Assembly (NCBI GenBank): GCA_964469905.1
Contig: CAYXZW010000001.1
Span: 134,783 to 198,782 of the forward strand
Reading direction: 5' to 3'
Source of the DNA: an uncultured Smithella sp.
Lineage (GTDB): Bacteria > Desulfobacterota > Syntrophia > Syntrophales > Smithellaceae
Length of the DNA stretch: 64,000 nucleotides
A model generated the notes under the pieces. The model did not search any database and was not told where the DNA came from. It saw only the letters and a list, made by a program, of their open reading frames with translations. A program made the position numbers and the translations under genes. Numbering within the stretch: position 1 is the stretch's first letter; the number at the start of each line of letters is the position of its first letter. Below are positions 63,064-64,000 of the stretch, piece after piece.

Positions 63064-64000
63064 CTATTTCGCCACTTCTCCCCTGTGACAGGCACAAAAT
63101 CTGTTATCTTTAACCTCCTTTAATACCGGTTGCTGTTTTTCGCAAACGGTCATTTTATAGAGGCAGCGGTTTTGAAAATTACAACCTTGAGCTCCTTCCA
63201 TCCGCGCTTCCCCTTTTATTGTTACTTTATTTGTTTTTTTCTGCGGGTCGCAGTTAGGCACTGCCGCAAGCAGCATTTGCGTATAAGGATGGAGCGGGGA
63301 ATTATAAATATCCTGATTTTGCGCCAGTTCAACAATTTGGCCCAAATACATCACCGCAATGCGATCAGACATATGGCGGATCACATTAAGATCGTGTGAA
63401 ACAAACAAATATGTCAGGCCAAACTCCTGTTTTAAGTCTTTCAGTAAATTCAATATTTGCGCCTGTATGGACACATCTAATGCGGAGACAGGCTCATCTG
63501 CAACAATCATTTCCGGCCGGAGAATAAGTGCGCGGGCAATTCCGATGCGTTGTCTCTGTCCGCCGCTGAATTCATGCGGATAGCGGCCAGCCTGCTCGGC
63601 ACTTAAACCGACTTTCGCCATTAACTCTAATACTGACTCCCGACGAGAATTTCTATCGCCTATTTGATGGATTGTTAATGGTTCTTTAATTATTACGGAT
63701 GCTGATTTGCGAGGATTGAGTGAAGAATAAGGATCCTGAAATATCAGCTGGACATTGCGTCGGTATGCCTTCAGGGATTCCGTGTTATAAGAATTTATAT
63801 TTTCACCTTTAAAACTGATAAAGCCCGACGATGGTTTTTCCAGCCTTGTTATCAGGCGCGCAAGTGTTGACTTACCGCAACCCGATTCACCAACCAGGCC
63901 TAATGTTTCTCCTCGATATATTTGTAGAGTTAAATTATTAACCGCATTAACAACTCTGTTTTTGGAATTCAACATACCACTTGTGAGAGAATATTTTTTA
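63064..64000 (-). CDS. Oligopeptide/dipeptide ABC transporter ATP-binding protein (OppF/DppF-like), 5' end outside window
   Basis: Has Walker A GESGCGKST, signature FSGGQRQR, Walker B IVADEP and the C-terminal Cys-rich oligopeptide-ABC tail. The frame stays open upstream of the track ATG (..KKYSLTSGMLN..) to the window edge. Confidence 0.85.
   Translation of the reverse strand, partial: KKYSLTSGMLNSKNRVVNAVNNLTLQIYRGETLGLVGESGCGKSTLARLITRLEKPSSGFISFKGENINSYNTESLKAYRRNVQLIFQDPYSSLNPRKSASVIIKEPLTIHQIGDRNSRRESVLELMAKVGLSAEQAGRYPHEFSGGQRQRIGIARALILRPEMIVADEPVSALDVSIQAQILNLLKDLKQEFGLTYLFVSHDLNVIRHMSDRIAVMYLGQIVELAQNQDIYNSPLHPYTQMLLAAVPNCDPQKKTNKVTIKGEARMEGAQGCNFQNRCLYKMTVCEKQQPVLKEVKDNRFCACHRGEVAK

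Overview
This 64 kb window is a low-GC bacterial chromosomal segment, densely packed with genes on both strands. Gene content (IorAB, an ApgM-like enzyme next to hom, UPF0280, many B12-radical-SAM and TPR proteins, a giant multi-kinase) suggests a Desulfobacterota-like anaerobe; that placement is inference only. Most of the window is core housekeeping: clpX(3' end)-lon, tRNA-Val/Asp, corC-lnt-prfB (with the classical programmed +1 frameshift), phoH-pgpH-ybeY, dtd, guaB, dnaE, iorAB, hom, tRNA-Pro, lysC, tsaE-acpS-folP-ftsH-tilS, panB, miaA, cspA and an oppF-like 5'-truncated gene. I saw no CRISPR array, IS element, integrase or rRNA. The most unusual region is 44.4-52.9 kb. It holds a ~2387-codon Ser/Thr-kinase/AAA/TPR/GAF/PAS/His-kinase/REC/REC/Hpt reading frame interrupted by a single in-frame TAG. 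Two tandem paralogous response regulators follow immediately. Their output is a short Cys-rich (CxxC...HxxCxxC) domain with no function known to me. Secondary leads are: a very tightly coupled minus-strand array (PilT-like ATPase, B12-radical SAM, 2-TM peptide, M16 peptidase pair, M20 hydrolase); a terminator-containing leader abutting a DUF2520-panB operon; an ApgM-like 'proposed homoserine kinase' next to hom; and a GT-A glycosyltransferase overlapping miaA. All calls come from reading the ORF translations and the DNA by eye. No database search was run.
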